A stretch of 64,000 nt of DNA from Schizochytrium sp. TIO01 (lineage: Eukaryota > Protista > Bigyra: Labyrinthulomycetes). The position numbers were made by a program, and so were the translations under genes. The notes under the pieces are model-generated. The model was not told where the DNA came from, did not search any database, and worked only from the letters and a program-made list of their open reading frames with translations. The stretch lies in assembly GCA_004764695.1 (NCBI GenBank), contig SMSO01000031.1:8352761-8416760 (forward strand), in the 5' to 3' direction. Each line of letters begins with the position of its first letter. The first letter of the stretch is position 1. Shown here in pieces: positions 25,201 to 37,825 of the stretch.

Positions 25201-25916
25201 AGCCACCATCAAAGGATGGTATTGTGTGCCTCGACGGGTAATCATTGATGTTAGTGTATATGTAATTAAACATGAAATAGTGTGATCAGATCCATTGCCT
25301 CAACACACGAAATGTTAATTCTCACTTACATGAGCCCAGACATTACTGTAGTCTCCTTCAGTGCGTTTGCGAGAGCAACCCAATGATCATTGCTAATATT
25401 AATGTTCTTGAGTCTATTCATCGAGAATTTCCTCCGAAACACCGAGAAAGAACAGCTTCCGTCAGTCATTCATTAGTGATCGTCTACAATGCCGCGCGAT
25501 TACGGAATCTTTAACGAAAACTCACTTCAAGGTTGATTCCACACGATTTTCCTTGACTGCCTCAGTCAAGGCTTGCCAACCTTCGTTGCTAATTTGAACT
25601 CGTGCCCAATGGTACCCACTTAGTCTATTATTAAAAAAAAAGAGATTTTGAATCATCAACAAACTCAAAGTCAGCAACCCTTTCAAATCTGTATCCAGCA
25701 CATGAATAAAGCACGCACGGCAGATCAACACGCAAGTCGGGGAAGTCAAGTTTTTACTAACTGGCTAGATATTCTTGGTCTGGTGTTTCTGTGTCCAAAG
25801 ATCTTCTCTTACTTTTACACTTACTCTATATTTTTGGTAACCGAACCTTCATGAAGCTTTCGAAGCGTCCGCTTATTCATTTCGCCAAAGAAGTCACAAG
25901 AGTGATCTGAGATCAT
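22225..25916 (-). CDS. Multi-exon ribonuclease-inhibitor-type (28-aa) LRR protein, 13 LRR-like exons plus C-terminal helical tail
   Basis: Exons 25916-25825 (ATG), 25624-25526, 25413-25330, 25191-25108, 24930-24847, 24715-24635, 24508-24425, 24291-24208, 24017-23934, 23802-23719, 23599-23516, 23295-23212, 22968-22885, 22699-22613, 22546-22225; all GT-AG phase 2; e.g. LGNNNIDNKGCAALADALKTNHTLTMLE; terminal exon less certain. Confidence 0.88.
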
Positions 25917-27647
25917 GTTTTCTCTAATCATTTTCGTCCCTCGTTCGTGCCTGGTGACGGTACTTTCAACAGTTGGCTTCAAGAAGAACCTAAGAAAAAT
26001 CCCTCGCCACCCGTTTCTACGCTACACGATCAGCGTTTAATAGAAGCTCCCTGTGTATACTGCACTTCAAGAGCGCCCTCCCTCGCCGATCGTTCGTTCG
26101 AGCTTTGTCTCTTGTCAATCCTGGCTAAGCCAACGCTCGCGAAGAAAGGGATCGCCGACTAGCAATCGTGTTGCTCGTCGCTGCTGATGTTGCTTAAGCT
26201 CCCTGCTCTCTGCTGCGCCACACCTGCTGTTCCGTCGTAAATAGTGATTTCATCAATCTCTGCAGTGACACTTGGGTTCTGCATGCGCTGGACTTCTTTT
26301 TCTGCACTTGAGTTCTTTCTAACAATATCTACTAGGCCTATCTTTACCAAACTAGTTAATAACTTCTACTATAATATCTTTTGCAGGTGATGTTTGCTCC
26401 AGACGTTCCACTGCCACTATCTCGTTGCAATAGTAAATAACAACGAAACCAATACTAAGTATAAGTAGAGTATGAACCAATTTGATAGTACATTCGATCA
26501 TACCACGCGGGTAACACCTCATCTCATTCGCACTGAGAAGTAAAGTCGCGTAGGGCCGGGTCAGTAGTATGATAGGGGACTGCATGCGAGAAGCCCCGGT
26601 GTTGAATGTTTTTTCTCCTTTTATTTTTAACCATATCATCAAAAGAAAGCAACTCCACGGTTGATATCACAATATTATTATACACGTCAAAGATTAATTT
26701 CATGAGAATAAAACCTGCCCGAAGAGGATCAAAAGCACTATATAAAAATGTCAATTAGGCATCTATTCTCGGTCAAAGATGCTTCTCTTTTTGGAACTTT
26801 CCTCCCTTCTTTCTGGCACACCTTTGGTCGCAGCCGCCAGCAGCTCTGATCGTTGAAGGCACCTCTCTGTTTTTTTCACATTGAAGCCGTGAAGCAAACA
26901 TCCAACAACTTGAGTGAAATCCGAAAATCGACAGCTTGCTCTCCATTCTCTCCCAAGCTTTCCCGATCTCAAGATAATCTATCATAGATCGCATCACAAA
27001 CCTATTACTATCTGATAGACAAAAACCTACTCCCGACAAGCAATTTATTTCTTGTATGACACAGTTACGAGTTTTCGTCGCTTCAAGACCTCACCAAAAA
27101 CAACGAAAAGACTACAAGCTTTTGGCTCTTCTGTCAAGTTGACCCCGATACAAGGACCTCTTCTTGCCTACTACTCGTTACACAAAACGCCATGACAATC
27201 GAAACTCGACCTCCTTTTGCTCAACAAAACCCTACTCAATGCTATATATTATCAAACCAAAACAATAGCACCCATACACGATCACAAATGGATAGGGACC
27301 TTCCTACCACGTTCTGCATTGTGTGTGACTTGATAGAAGCACAACGCCTCCTCGTCTTTCTTCAAGAGCAGAATCCATTTTCACACCTTGCGCTCTCAGG
27401 AAAAAATTGACTCAACGGACCTTCGAAAACACTAGCAGCGCTTAACCTACGTATACAACCAACTATCATACCCAGCAACCTACTACTCTCGCCAAAGCCA
27501 GCCATCCTCGCAAACCCGCAACACGAGGCAGCGCGCACGCACGATATCCACGCCCCCGCGACCTCTCGCGCGCCACACCCCTCCACGCGTTCGTTACTCG
27601 TGGGCGAGGCTTGGTCTGCAGTCCGCCCGTTCCTCCTTCCTTGCTGC

Positions 27648-27752
27648 GAAGAAGAAGAAGAAGAAGAAGAAGGAGAAGAAGAAGAGAGAGCAGACGTCTC
27701 CGTTCCTGATCAGCAACGCGAGCGAAGACTCAAACTACTCTCTCTCTCTCTC
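27648..27752 (+). repeat. (GAA)n and (CT)n microsatellites upstream of the LRR-kinase gene
   Basis: GAA run at ~27648-27685; CT run at ~27738-27752. Confidence 0.8.
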
Positions 27753-27850
27753 TTTCGAGCGCCAAAGCAAAGCAAAGACAAAGACAAGCAAAGTCAATCA
27801 ACGCGATTGATCAATCCATCCATCAAAGGTGATACTCACTGCTGCAAAAC

Positions 27851-30800
27851 ATGATGACTGTGGCAAAGTACATTAAGGACATCAGAGAAGATACGACGGA
27901 GATTCGGTAAGTGCACGATGCAGAAGGGAAGAGACAGAAGAAGGAGGCATCACATCGTCGATGTGTTGTAGTAGTCAGCTTTGTAGAAGAAGAATAGTTT
28001 TGAACTAGTAGTGGCACTAATGAAGAAGTTGGAAATGGCATATACTTACTCTCACTTGTTCACACACAAACAAACAAACAAACACAGTTTTCGTGGGAAA
28101 AGAATTGGTCATGAGGGCGCAAAGGCCGTCGCAAAGGCACTCGAGGGATGCAAGAACCTTCAAACTTTAGAGTACGTTTGTGGAATCATCCACGAGGGAA
28201 AGCTATCGTAATAGTCAGGATCAAGCTTTTTCTTTCTTTCTTTTTAGTGCTTGGTGTTTGTAGTACTGCTGGTACACTACCTAAGTAGTTTACGTAGTTG
28301 GGTACGCAAAGAAAGGCAAAGAAGACTTTTCGTTTTTACAAAGAGAAGAAGGAAATCTATATAATTTGATAGGCAGCAGCAGCAGCAGAAGAAGAGGTGA
28401 TTGCTTTTTTATTGTGAGGAAAAACAAAGCAAAACAGGATCAACTGACTGGACCTGTCTTTCCTGACAACGAATGAACAAAACAAACTTATTCATTTATA
28501 CTCACAGTCTTGCGTATAACAAGATTGGCGCGGAGGCCGCAAAGGCCGTCGCAAAGTCTCTGTACAAAGCATGTCCTTCTGTTAGAATCCAGTAAGTTCT
28601 GTTCTCTCTGCTGCTATTTCCAGCTTGCGCAGAGCCTTGCCTTTGCTGGTTCTCTCCATGTCTCCATATGGACTTTCGAGGCCGTCTTTAGATGCGTTCA
28701 TCGTTTTTCTAACAATCCCTTTTCTTCTCCTTCTTTCATTTATTCACATTCGTTTACAAAACGCAGCTGTGACGTTGATATCTCGTCAGAGTTCGAATCC
28801 TATGCTTCCATTGAGGCGACAGAAAGCGAGCCGTCTGCAGAGCCCAAGAACGAGCAAGATGGCGTTAAAGGCGCCGGGCTTGTTACTTTGGATGGACCTG
28901 GGTAAGTTCATGCGGTCCGTCTTTGTTTCGGATCGTGTAATTATTCATTCCACAAATTGTGTTATTGAGATATAGGGGATCCTAACTTTTGCTTCTGCTT
29001 TTGTTACTTCTTCAACTTCGTTTTGCTCGTTTGCTGACGTTTTATTGTTCGCCTCAGAGAACGACCGGATGGAACGAGCGTGAGTTTCGCTGATGTGGTG
29101 CAACTTGCCAAGAAAGTCTCGGACTTGCGGGCGGACCGAGGCGGGGTCAGAGGAAACTCCCTGCAGACTGGGATTGCCCTGCTTGAGGAATTCGTTGGAC
29201 CGGCGATCCAGGGCTACTTTGGCCAAGTGAAATTGCGACAGGTTTTCGCTGACCTCAAGAACTCCAAAGAGGGTCTTGACGCGCTACAAGACCAGATTCG
29301 GGTAAGCCCTGCTGATGGCTTGCCCAGCCTCATCGCAAAGCGGAACGACGAACGATGTCGCCTGCATTCACTTTTGCAGGTCGTGTACCCATAAGTTCGC
29401 GCCAACCTTTGCGAAAGTGATGAGGGTGCAGTGCGAGAATTCAAAGTGAGAGTTGAAAGTTTGGTAAACGATCTAAAGATCAACCTGGCACCAGTCGATG
29501 AAGAGACCAGCACAGATGACTTCAAACAGTGCCAAGAACTCGTTGTGCAGGCTGTCCAATGTGTGGAAGGGTACAAGAGGAATGGAGAAGGTCGACCCAA
29601 CAACATTGGTGAACGAAGCCAACAAGCTGTAAAACGCGTCATCTTTCGATTGGTTGAGCTAGAACTTGGTGATGGATTATCGGTTGCTCTGAGAACACCC
29701 GAGCAAGCCATGGAGCTAGAACCCGAGTTGTCTGAACTTGAGAGTGCTCTCAAGGAAGAGATCGAAGCTCTACATGGAGATACTCTTAGTGCCCACTTGT
29801 CCAAGATACTTTGCGCGATTAGTTCAACACTCGCTCGTTTCGAATCATACTCTGAAAGCACTGTGTTGAAGGAAGCAAGCAAGTGTACACCGAAGGAACT
29901 CTCTGGGCTAAATAACTATACAATGCTGGGTTTGAGAGAACCAAATATCTTAGATGTTGAGGCATTATACCAGAAACTTGACAAGTCGAGGAAAGCTACA
30001 GAAAGTTTGAAGAGAATCAAAGAAGAACTTGAAACAGAAGAATTCGATAAGGAAGAGCGAGCATATTTTATGAATCGAATCAAGAAACAAGAGCTCGTTC
30101 TCTCTCAAGGCAACCCTATTGAGCTTAGCAAAGATTTTCGCCACAAACTTGCTGAAACTCTGCAACATGCGCAGGAGCATTATCCAGAGTTGCTGCAAGA
30201 CAGATCCTGACTAGAAAGACTTCATGTAACTGCAGAGGGTGTTTTTGAAGTAGCTTGTTCTGACCTGTGGTTGACAAATGTAACTGCTTCAGACTTCCAG
30301 ACTGTCGGCGAGCCCCTGTCCTTTAGAGGAGGCAAGAGAGTTCAGAAAGTACTTGATGGAGATGGTAAAATTATGGTTCTGAAAGAGTTTCAGCTTGGAC
30401 ATCCGGGTCAATCCAAAATTTTCTACAAACAAGTTGCCAATCTGGGCAAGGTATTTTCGCAACATGTGATCCGCATCATCGGTGCTTTTGTGGACATGGC
30501 ACATGGAGTGCCACGTGGCTGTATTATCATGCCTTTTTACGAGCGAGGCGACCTTGCCAAGTGGATCGAGAGTCATCCTAACGAAGGCAAAGCAGCGCGT
30601 GACCGACTTGCTGTGGGGCTGCTTTTCGGTGTAGCGGATTTACATACCCGCGGCATTGTGCATTGTGACATCAAACCAGAAAATGTTTTCCTTACAAGCA
30701 ACGGGACACCATTGATCGGCGACTTTGATGGCATCAAGGTTGCAGACTACACTACAACATTCACATCATTTCAAGCAACATCAAGGTATATTGCCCCTGA

Positions 30801-31746
30801 GTTGCAGAATGGGCCTGTAGATAGGTTTGAAACAGCGATGGATATGTACTCTGTGGGCATAAGCTTAAAGGAGCTGTATCCTACTGAGCGAACCGCTGCA
30901 ATGCAGAAACTTATCGATGCTCTTACAGCAACAGACCCTGGCCAGCGTCCAACCGCTCGCCAAGCACTCCAACATGAAGCTTTTGGAGCTCCTAAGATCC
31001 CTGTCAAGATATGTCTAGTATGCATGGAGGAGCATCTGCTTTGCGAGGGCACGAGCTGCGAGGAGGGAGACTTCCTTTGCAGAGACTGTATCGAATCTGC
31101 AGTAGAAGCGGCAGCTCAATCACTAGCTACCGTAAGAGTAGATGCCGATGGGACGATGGCATGCATGAAACCTGAATGTAATGGAAGAATATCAGGTCAA
31201 GAAATCACCCGTCTTGCACCAAGTGCTTTGAATCATCTTTTGTTGATTGCGAAGATGAAGGCAGAAATGGAAGCAGCAGTTTGGGCGGAGAAAGAGATCC
31301 AAAGGCGCATAGCACGAGTTCTGCGTGCAGGTGAACAGAAGAGTGACGCAGAGCATCATTTACTTCATATTCAAGAGAAGATCTTGAGCACATGTTGTCC
31401 GAATTGTAACGCTTATGTGAACGATTTTAAGGGGTGCTGTGCTGTAGAGTGTATTAATCGTGCTTGCGGTCATCACTTCTGCGCTTGGTGTCTTGGCTAT
31501 AGTTCTCAGGATACAGATAAATGTCATGCTCATGTGAGAACCTGTTCAAGAAGACTTGGGCAAGATCTACATTTCGCTGATTCATTCGAGCAGGTTCGTG
31601 AGGCTTGGCGGCTGCTACGCGCAGAACGTTTGCGCGAGTACTGGAATGCGAATATCAAAGACAGAGATCTTAGACTTGTTCTCAAAGAATTAATATCACC
31701 TTTGCTAACACCAGATATTGTTGGCCCTGAATTTATGTTGGAATAA
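27851..31746 (+). pseudogene. LRR - helical region - protein kinase - RING1/RING2 (RBR-like) fusion with two in-frame stops
   Basis: Exons 27851-27906, 28088-28171 (84 bp LRR), 28508-28591 (84 bp LRR), 28767-28901, then 29058-31746 in one frame with TAA 29392-29394 and TGA 30208-30210; kinase motifs VLKEF, HCDIKPEN, DFD, APE; RING-like CLVC..C..C-x2-C..C-x4-C and CPNC..GC..C..CGHHFCAWC. Confidence 0.8.
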
Positions 31747-32611
31747 ATTAAACAAATATTAAATGATTATATCCCGCTTAAGCGATGTTGACAAGGGCCT
31801 ACAGCGAGGCGATAATTAAGATTCCTTCCTCGAAAAATAAATGGGTATCTGCCAAACCCCTCTAACGGGATGAGACTGTTATCCGTTAACACAAGGTTCT
31901 TCGTGGGGGGAAATACTATGACTTCAATGCTGAAGTAAAACACCATGGTGATTCAGCAACATTTTACTGATATGTCGACGCAATATACAAGCGTCATTTA
32001 TTCGCAATGTAGGACATTTATATTCATTATAGTATGCGAGATCTTTCTCAATATTTGTCCTCTCAACCCATTCGATAATTCATTTAGCAAACTACAAGGC
32101 ATGAGAAACTCTGATTTTAAGCTGGAAAGCTAAGCGCTGTCTCAAAGCGTTCTCGGACATACTCGTTATGCAACTGTCTGCGATAGTTTTCTTTAGGGCC
32201 TAGCAGCTCTGACTTCGGAAACCGATTATTGGTTCATTTTCCAATTGGAGTCAAAGCGCAACAACGCTTCTTTGACAAGCCATATTTCTAGTATCCATAG
32301 TTGGATGGTTTTCTTTTCGTTTTCCCCCACCTCGTTGCAATCCTATCCAGTGTTGATTTCTTTCTGTTTTTTATATAGAGAATACAACTCCAACGTTTTA
32401 TAGTAGACTACACGGTTCGATCAGTACGGGGGATACAATTCCCCTTAACATCATCCATAAACTCTAAGTAGGATGCTCTGGGGATATCATTGCTGCTTGT
32501 TGAGGGCAGTGGCCTCACTATTTTCAATTAGTGTGAAATATTAAAAACAGGCAACCAACAATTCGATTTACCTTCAGTTATGGCTCAGTCTCAGCTGAAA
32601 TCTCCAATCGA

Positions 32612-32838
32612 GGAGCTAGTTGATAAGACAATGTTAGAGTTATTGACATCCTTCATAAGACCTCATCGATATGCAATAGAATAGAGCTAGACAGCCAGAC
32701 TTGCGTGATTAAGTAATTGTTGAGATCTCGTATCGAAGAACCGAGCTGACAAGACAATGCTAGAGCTCTAGGCATCCCTTTGTAAGAACCCATGAATATA
32801 AGGTTTACAATAGAATAGAACTAGACAACCAGACTTGC
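32612..32838. repeat. Diverged ~130-bp tandem duplication (2 copies)
   Basis: AAGACAATG[T/C]TAGAG...CAATAGAATAGA[G/A]CTAGACA[G/A]CCAGACTTGC occurs twice. Confidence 0.7.
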
Positions 32839-34565
32839 CTGGTTTGGAGGTCAAGAACCAAAAGTGTGCATGCTCTCTTCCTTGAACTAATGGCGAAATC
32901 TGAATTGATGGTTAGAGAGGCAAGTTAATCTAAACTCCTCAATGGTATCTTGCACAGTTTAAGTATGTCTACAAAATAAAACAGTCTGCCTTGAAATTAT
33001 ATTTCAAGGACAGATTCTCATGCCTTTTGCTTTGGATACACGCCGCAAGCGAAAGAAAACAATTTATAACTCCTTTAACTCAACACGGTATTGTCAATGA
33101 TCCAATAATAAAGGCAACGTTTGTAGTTTTCAAATTCCTCATCTTTCCTTTCTGGGCAACAAGATATTGCCATTTCTTACTCAGCTCAATCCTGCTGTTA
33201 TGAACACGACCCTGTGTAAGACGACTTTGTTTTACTGAAAATGCTAGAGAAAGCGCGCTTATTATAACATGTACGCAACGAAGCTCGAGAGATACCTGTT
33301 CAAGCGTTTCCTTTTTTCTTTAGAAAATTTGCCAATAAAGATCGTGCTCTCAATGTTTTTCATATTCATGTCTGAGTCTAGCAATAAGTCAACCCAAAAA
33401 ACATCGACTTTTTCCATTGTCAACAGTTATATCTCATTTAATCCTCACAAATAGCTCAAAATCCATGGTAGTATGTTTTTAATTCATGTTCTGGTATCGT
33501 TTCGCTCTCTATTGGATTCACACTCAAACGGACAGTCAATCAATCAATCAATCACATTATATTGTAAAAAAACAATCAAAGCACCATCGTGCAATGAAAC
33601 ATCTCAAAATACCCGGAGCCTCACGCACAAATAGTTCCTAGAATTGCTGCTAAGACAACCTACTGTAACAATTCCAGCGATTCGTTGACTTTCAGCCCCA
33701 CAACCATTGTCATGGCACCCTCCTCACCGTTCCGGATAAGGCTGTTCTTTTTATTGAATGGTGGAAACCACTACATTGCATTATATGACATGCATGCATG
33801 GACGTCCGTGATCTTGGTTCGTTCTAAACATTTTATCGTTGTTCTGTTGTCGTTTTACATTTTGTTGTTTTAAAATTGTAATACTCTTTCAAAAGTACAA
33901 CTTTGTGCAATAAATCATGATAGTGATTAATTTGCCTTCATTGTTTCCGCGCATGGGAGCCCTAACAGGCTCAGCCCATCTGGCTATAGTTTAACAGGCT
34001 ATAAAGTTACCTTTGGATTAAGTAAGGATAAGAATAACAGTTTTCGATGGCATAGCTTATAATCGATCGGGAATTATGTTCTCTTAGATCCACTGAATAT
34101 GTTCATTATATGCATAATCTCAAAACGTTAATCAATATTAACGCCCCTTTTCCTCCTTTGAGCCAAACACAAGTTAATGGGAATCTACTTTCAGTGAAGT
34201 CAATTTTGAAAATTTGTTTAGTTTACTACCCATATTCTTTGTTGTCAATTCAGATTAAAGCTTCATGTTAGTAGCTTTCGAAGTGTTGTTCATATAGGAC
34301 CTTTCGTGTGCAACAAACTACCGATCAACTTGAAGATCATTCAATTAGATTAGCACCCACACTATACCGTCACAACTCGAATGCTCCAGCGTAATTTGGT
34401 TTTCACATTCACAATTGCTGTATCTCAATAAAAATCCCATAGAGCTCTCAAAGGTTTGGATGGAGTTCTTGCTCAAACTTGAGTTTAATACAGAAGCGGA
34501 TCGAGCACTAACTCTAACTTCAGCACAATATACTCTTTTTCTCAGGCGCAGGCTGTCGCATTTCA

Positions 34566-36086
34566 TCAGTTATATAAACTTCGACTCTGTGAAAGCAACC
34601 AGTCTCGCAGTGCAGGAATGTCATAAGCAATAGGCCATGTCCAAACATGGCCGGAAGCACCCTCATTGCCTTCACCCTCTGGAACCACAGTCCCTTTTTG
34701 AAAATGACTGAAGCGGACGTTACTATCTACTCCTGCTTCGATCTGAGCAGTGACCGCGGCGTTAAGTTCACTTTGACCTGCTCTTCCATTCCACTGAGCT
34801 TCGGTAATGTCTGCGCCATTTGCTTCAAGAACAGTCACGATCTCTTGCATTCCGGGGTATGCTTTGGCATCATCTTCCGAAACAACAATCCACAGACGAG
34901 CCGATGCCATGTTCGCGACTTTGCTGGCATTCCATTGCCCAGCTACCAATAGTGAGGCAGCAAAGTAATTTGGGTGCGCAATATTCAGTGCGATGGAAGC
35001 CATGCACCCACCTGATTGACCAGTTGTATATATTCTATCACTGTCGATTGCCACGAATTCCTTTTTCAAGGATTCAATTAAGCGAATAGTAAGTTCACCG
35101 TAATCATTGAGCTCGCTACCGTCATTTGCCAATGTGACAGGGTACTGTGGAGCGAGGACAAAGGCAGGGTGCTTCTTTTGATCGCTGGGCGAAGCAAAGG
35201 AAATGGCTCCAAGACCCTGCTGCAGCGTGCGCAGAGGGTTGCTTCCAGTAACTCCAGCATCATGCATGAAGAGAACCAATGGTAGAGATCCTGCTTCGTC
35301 CTGGTTTGTCGAGGGGATGTATAGGTTATACCGGAGCATGAGGCCAGTTGCTGAATCTAGGAAGTTTCTTTGCTGAAAGTCATCGACTACCAGGTTTTGC
35401 AATTGAGAGTTAACCACAGATGTGGCGATTGGGGCTATGCGTGTACCGTCAGCAGCTTGTACAGAACCAGTTTGAGTCACGACCACCGAAACTTCTTGAA
35501 CATCAATATTTGGTGCATAGATGATAGCTGCATCTGTTTCTGAGTCCAGCTTCAGAACGACAAATTTCCCATCTTGTACTGTATCTTCCTCCGCTGCGAT
35601 TGCTCGGGATGTTGTAGTATACACTGCAGTAATTTGAAATCCCTCTACAGACCACGCACTTGAACTCAATCCTGCACTAGAAATGAGACGGTCATACTCA
35701 ACGATGACAGCAGTCAATCGCTGGCTACGTCCGAAAACCTCTGCCACACCACTCACAGAGAGAATTGCCCCTGCTTTAAAGGTTAAAGTTGTGAATGAAG
35801 GCCCGTCCCCATGACCCATCATCCCATTCTCTGGCGTGACTTCACCTCTAGGTGACATCAGCAGCATAGCGGCACCCCAAAAAACCATCAGTGCAGCTGC
35901 AGCTGCAAATATTTTCCTATGGGTTCTGCCCAGCCGTAGAGCTCTTGCCATGAGGCTTTCGTGCGCTTCTGTCTCATGGTGATTGGGCTCAACGATGGCG
36001 TCGCTATCCCCTGCAAGAGCTTGGTGCTCCACGTCGCGTCGCGGTGAGTCTCGCGACAGAATAAGCATTTCTTGTAGCCTGTTCAT
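34566..36086 (-). CDS. Alpha/beta-hydrolase (bacterial predicted peptidase / EstA-like esterase with Ig-like N-domain) with N-terminal membrane anchor
   Basis: 506-aa intronless ORF; LRYNLYIP, LPLVLFMHDAG, FVLAPQY, DRIYTTGQSGG nucleophile elbow, GHVWTW; hydrophobic IFAAAAALMVFWGAAMLLM. Confidence 0.85.
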   Translation of the reverse strand: MNRLQEMLILSRDSPRRDVEHQALAGDSDAIVEPNHHETEAHESLMARALRLGRTHRKIFAAAAALMVFWGAAMLLMSPRGEVTPENGMMGHGDGPSFTTLTFKAGAILSVSGVAEVFGRSQRLTAVIVEYDRLISSAGLSSSAWSVEGFQITAVYTTTSRAIAAEEDTVQDGKFVVLKLDSETDAAIIYAPNIDVQEVSVVVTQTGSVQAADGTRIAPIATSVVNSQLQNLVVDDFQQRNFLDSATGLMLRYNLYIPSTNQDEAGSLPLVLFMHDAGVTGSNPLRTLQQGLGAISFASPSDQKKHPAFVLAPQYPVTLANDGSELNDYGELTIRLIESLKKEFVAIDSDRIYTTGQSGGCMASIALNIAHPNYFAASLLVAGQWNASKVANMASARLWIVVSEDDAKAYPGMQEIVTVLEANGADITEAQWNGRAGQSELNAAVTAQIEAGVDSNVRFSHFQKGTVVPEGEGNEGASGHVWTWPIAYDIPALRDWLLSQSRSLYN

Positions 36087-37754
36087 GATGGTCTTCCGCT
36101 GTTACTTACTCGCGCCTCACACCGAACGCCGCCTGGGCGTGTTTCAACCCAAAATACTTCCTCAGGCTACAGTGCTCGCCTGCTCAATCCAGCCCAATTG
36201 CAGTGGCCTTGAGTTAAGGATTTGCAAAGAAAGAACTCCTGTTAAGTTCCCACCCAGAACAGAGAATGGCCTATCTACCTCTAATAAACCTATTATGATG
36301 TGCTCGACGAAAATAGTTTGATACTACCTTTAGCATTAAATCAGCGAGCTAATAGGCCTCTGTTTTTTGATAGCTGGCAGTTGCTATCCTCGGCATCATT
36401 AGCAGAAGAATAACCCCATTCTCATTCTCACCGGTCAGCAGGTCTACCTACTTGCCATCGCCTCTTTCTCCATTTCTAGCAAAGAACTTGAAGACAAAGC
36501 AAAACCATCCCATGGATAGGTGTTTTTAGTATATTTGGTAGGTAGGTAGATAGGTAGGAACTACCCAAGCAAGACTATCAATATAAGAGGATCAATCAAT
36601 AGGTTTCCTTGAATCATTGTGCTATACACACTCCCTCCATGGTGACCATCTCATCTTAATTGTAAACATCAAGGCTGGCTGGCGAGACATCCATCCCCCC
36701 CGCTGCCCTCTCTCTACTGGCAGCCAGGGCCTAGTCTGCATCGACTTCTGGTGTCTCTTTTCAACAACTTGAGATCGACCAGAATTGATCAACCTTTGAA
36801 AGTCAGCTCGCGTCGGAGTGGCGCCTACAACTGCTTCGAGCACGTCATGCCGTTGCCCAGCAGACCAGCGAGCCCAAAGCTGCACCAGCCAGGCCCTGCA
36901 CTCGTCGCCTTCCCTTTGTCAGCCTGGGCTCAGCTCCTGCGGCTGCTCGCTTGCTCACTCTCGGGAGCGATTCTCAAAGACGAAGCGCACGTGCGACGAT
37001 TTCATGGTGTGTCCATCCAACCCCTTTGCATGATTGCATGAATGCATGCCTCCATCCACTCGTCCGTCCAGCCCTTGGCCCCTCCAAGCGTCCACGCTTG
37101 CGCTGCAGCAAGCCCGGAAGCTGGCATGTGACCTTGTCCTGAGGCTCCGTCGCCGCCCGCTCTGCGCCAAGGGCGGCGAGCGAGTGACAGGTTGAGCGCG
37201 TGCAAAAGCGTGCTCTATGGAAGCAAATTTGCAGATCCTGGAAGAACAAGAATAGAAGAAACAAGATAAACTTGAAGGTTTGATGTACTACCTATGCGAT
37301 GAAAGTTCGCGAGGCTTGTTTTGACTCGCGTGTTTGCGCCACGAGTGATTGTTTTGGCTTGAGGTCTCACCCGAGTTGAATGATTGAGAGGAGCTGCAAG
37401 AGCGGTTGTGACTCGAGTGTTTTAGAGATTGCTTTGACCAGGTTGCTAACACCCGCCGAACAATCGGTCGGAGCATCCTTCGACCGTGAGAGTGGAGAGT
37501 CTGAGGAGCACGGAATATTCTTCGATTTCATATCTCTGGAGCGAATCTTGCTATGGAATTCATCACTGAAAGGGCAGACACTAGCACTCTGGCCCATCTG
37601 GCTGCCCAGACTTTTTGGAGCGATCTTGCTATCCTCCAAGTTCAACATTATTAATGAATCCCTGCGCTCTTTAGTCAGATATAGAGCTTCAAAATAATTA
37701 CATAGCAAAGTATATATTTTTCATTGTCCCTCTCATGATCATGTGATGAAATCA

Positions 37755-37825
37755 GCGTTAGTGGTTTAGTGGTAAAATAGCTGTTTGCCATGCGGCTGCC
37801 CCGGGTTCGATTCCCGGCTGACGCT
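37755..37825 (+). tRNA. tRNA-Gly(GCC)
   Basis: Acceptor stem GCGTTAG/CTGACGC, A-box TGGTTTAGTGG, anticodon loop TTGCCAT, T-arm CCGGGTTCGATTCCCGG, oligo-T terminator. Confidence 0.93.

Noticed and set aside
26159-27039. Possible small minus-strand gene between the two LRR genes
   Set aside because: Fragmentary ORFs, no recognisable domain and no consistent splice model
29214-29882. 222-aa minus-strand ORF
   Set aside because: Antisense shadow of the LRR-kinase coding frame
36622-37708. Cluster of overlapping short ORFs in a GC-richer patch
   Set aside because: No motif in any frame; explained by base composition
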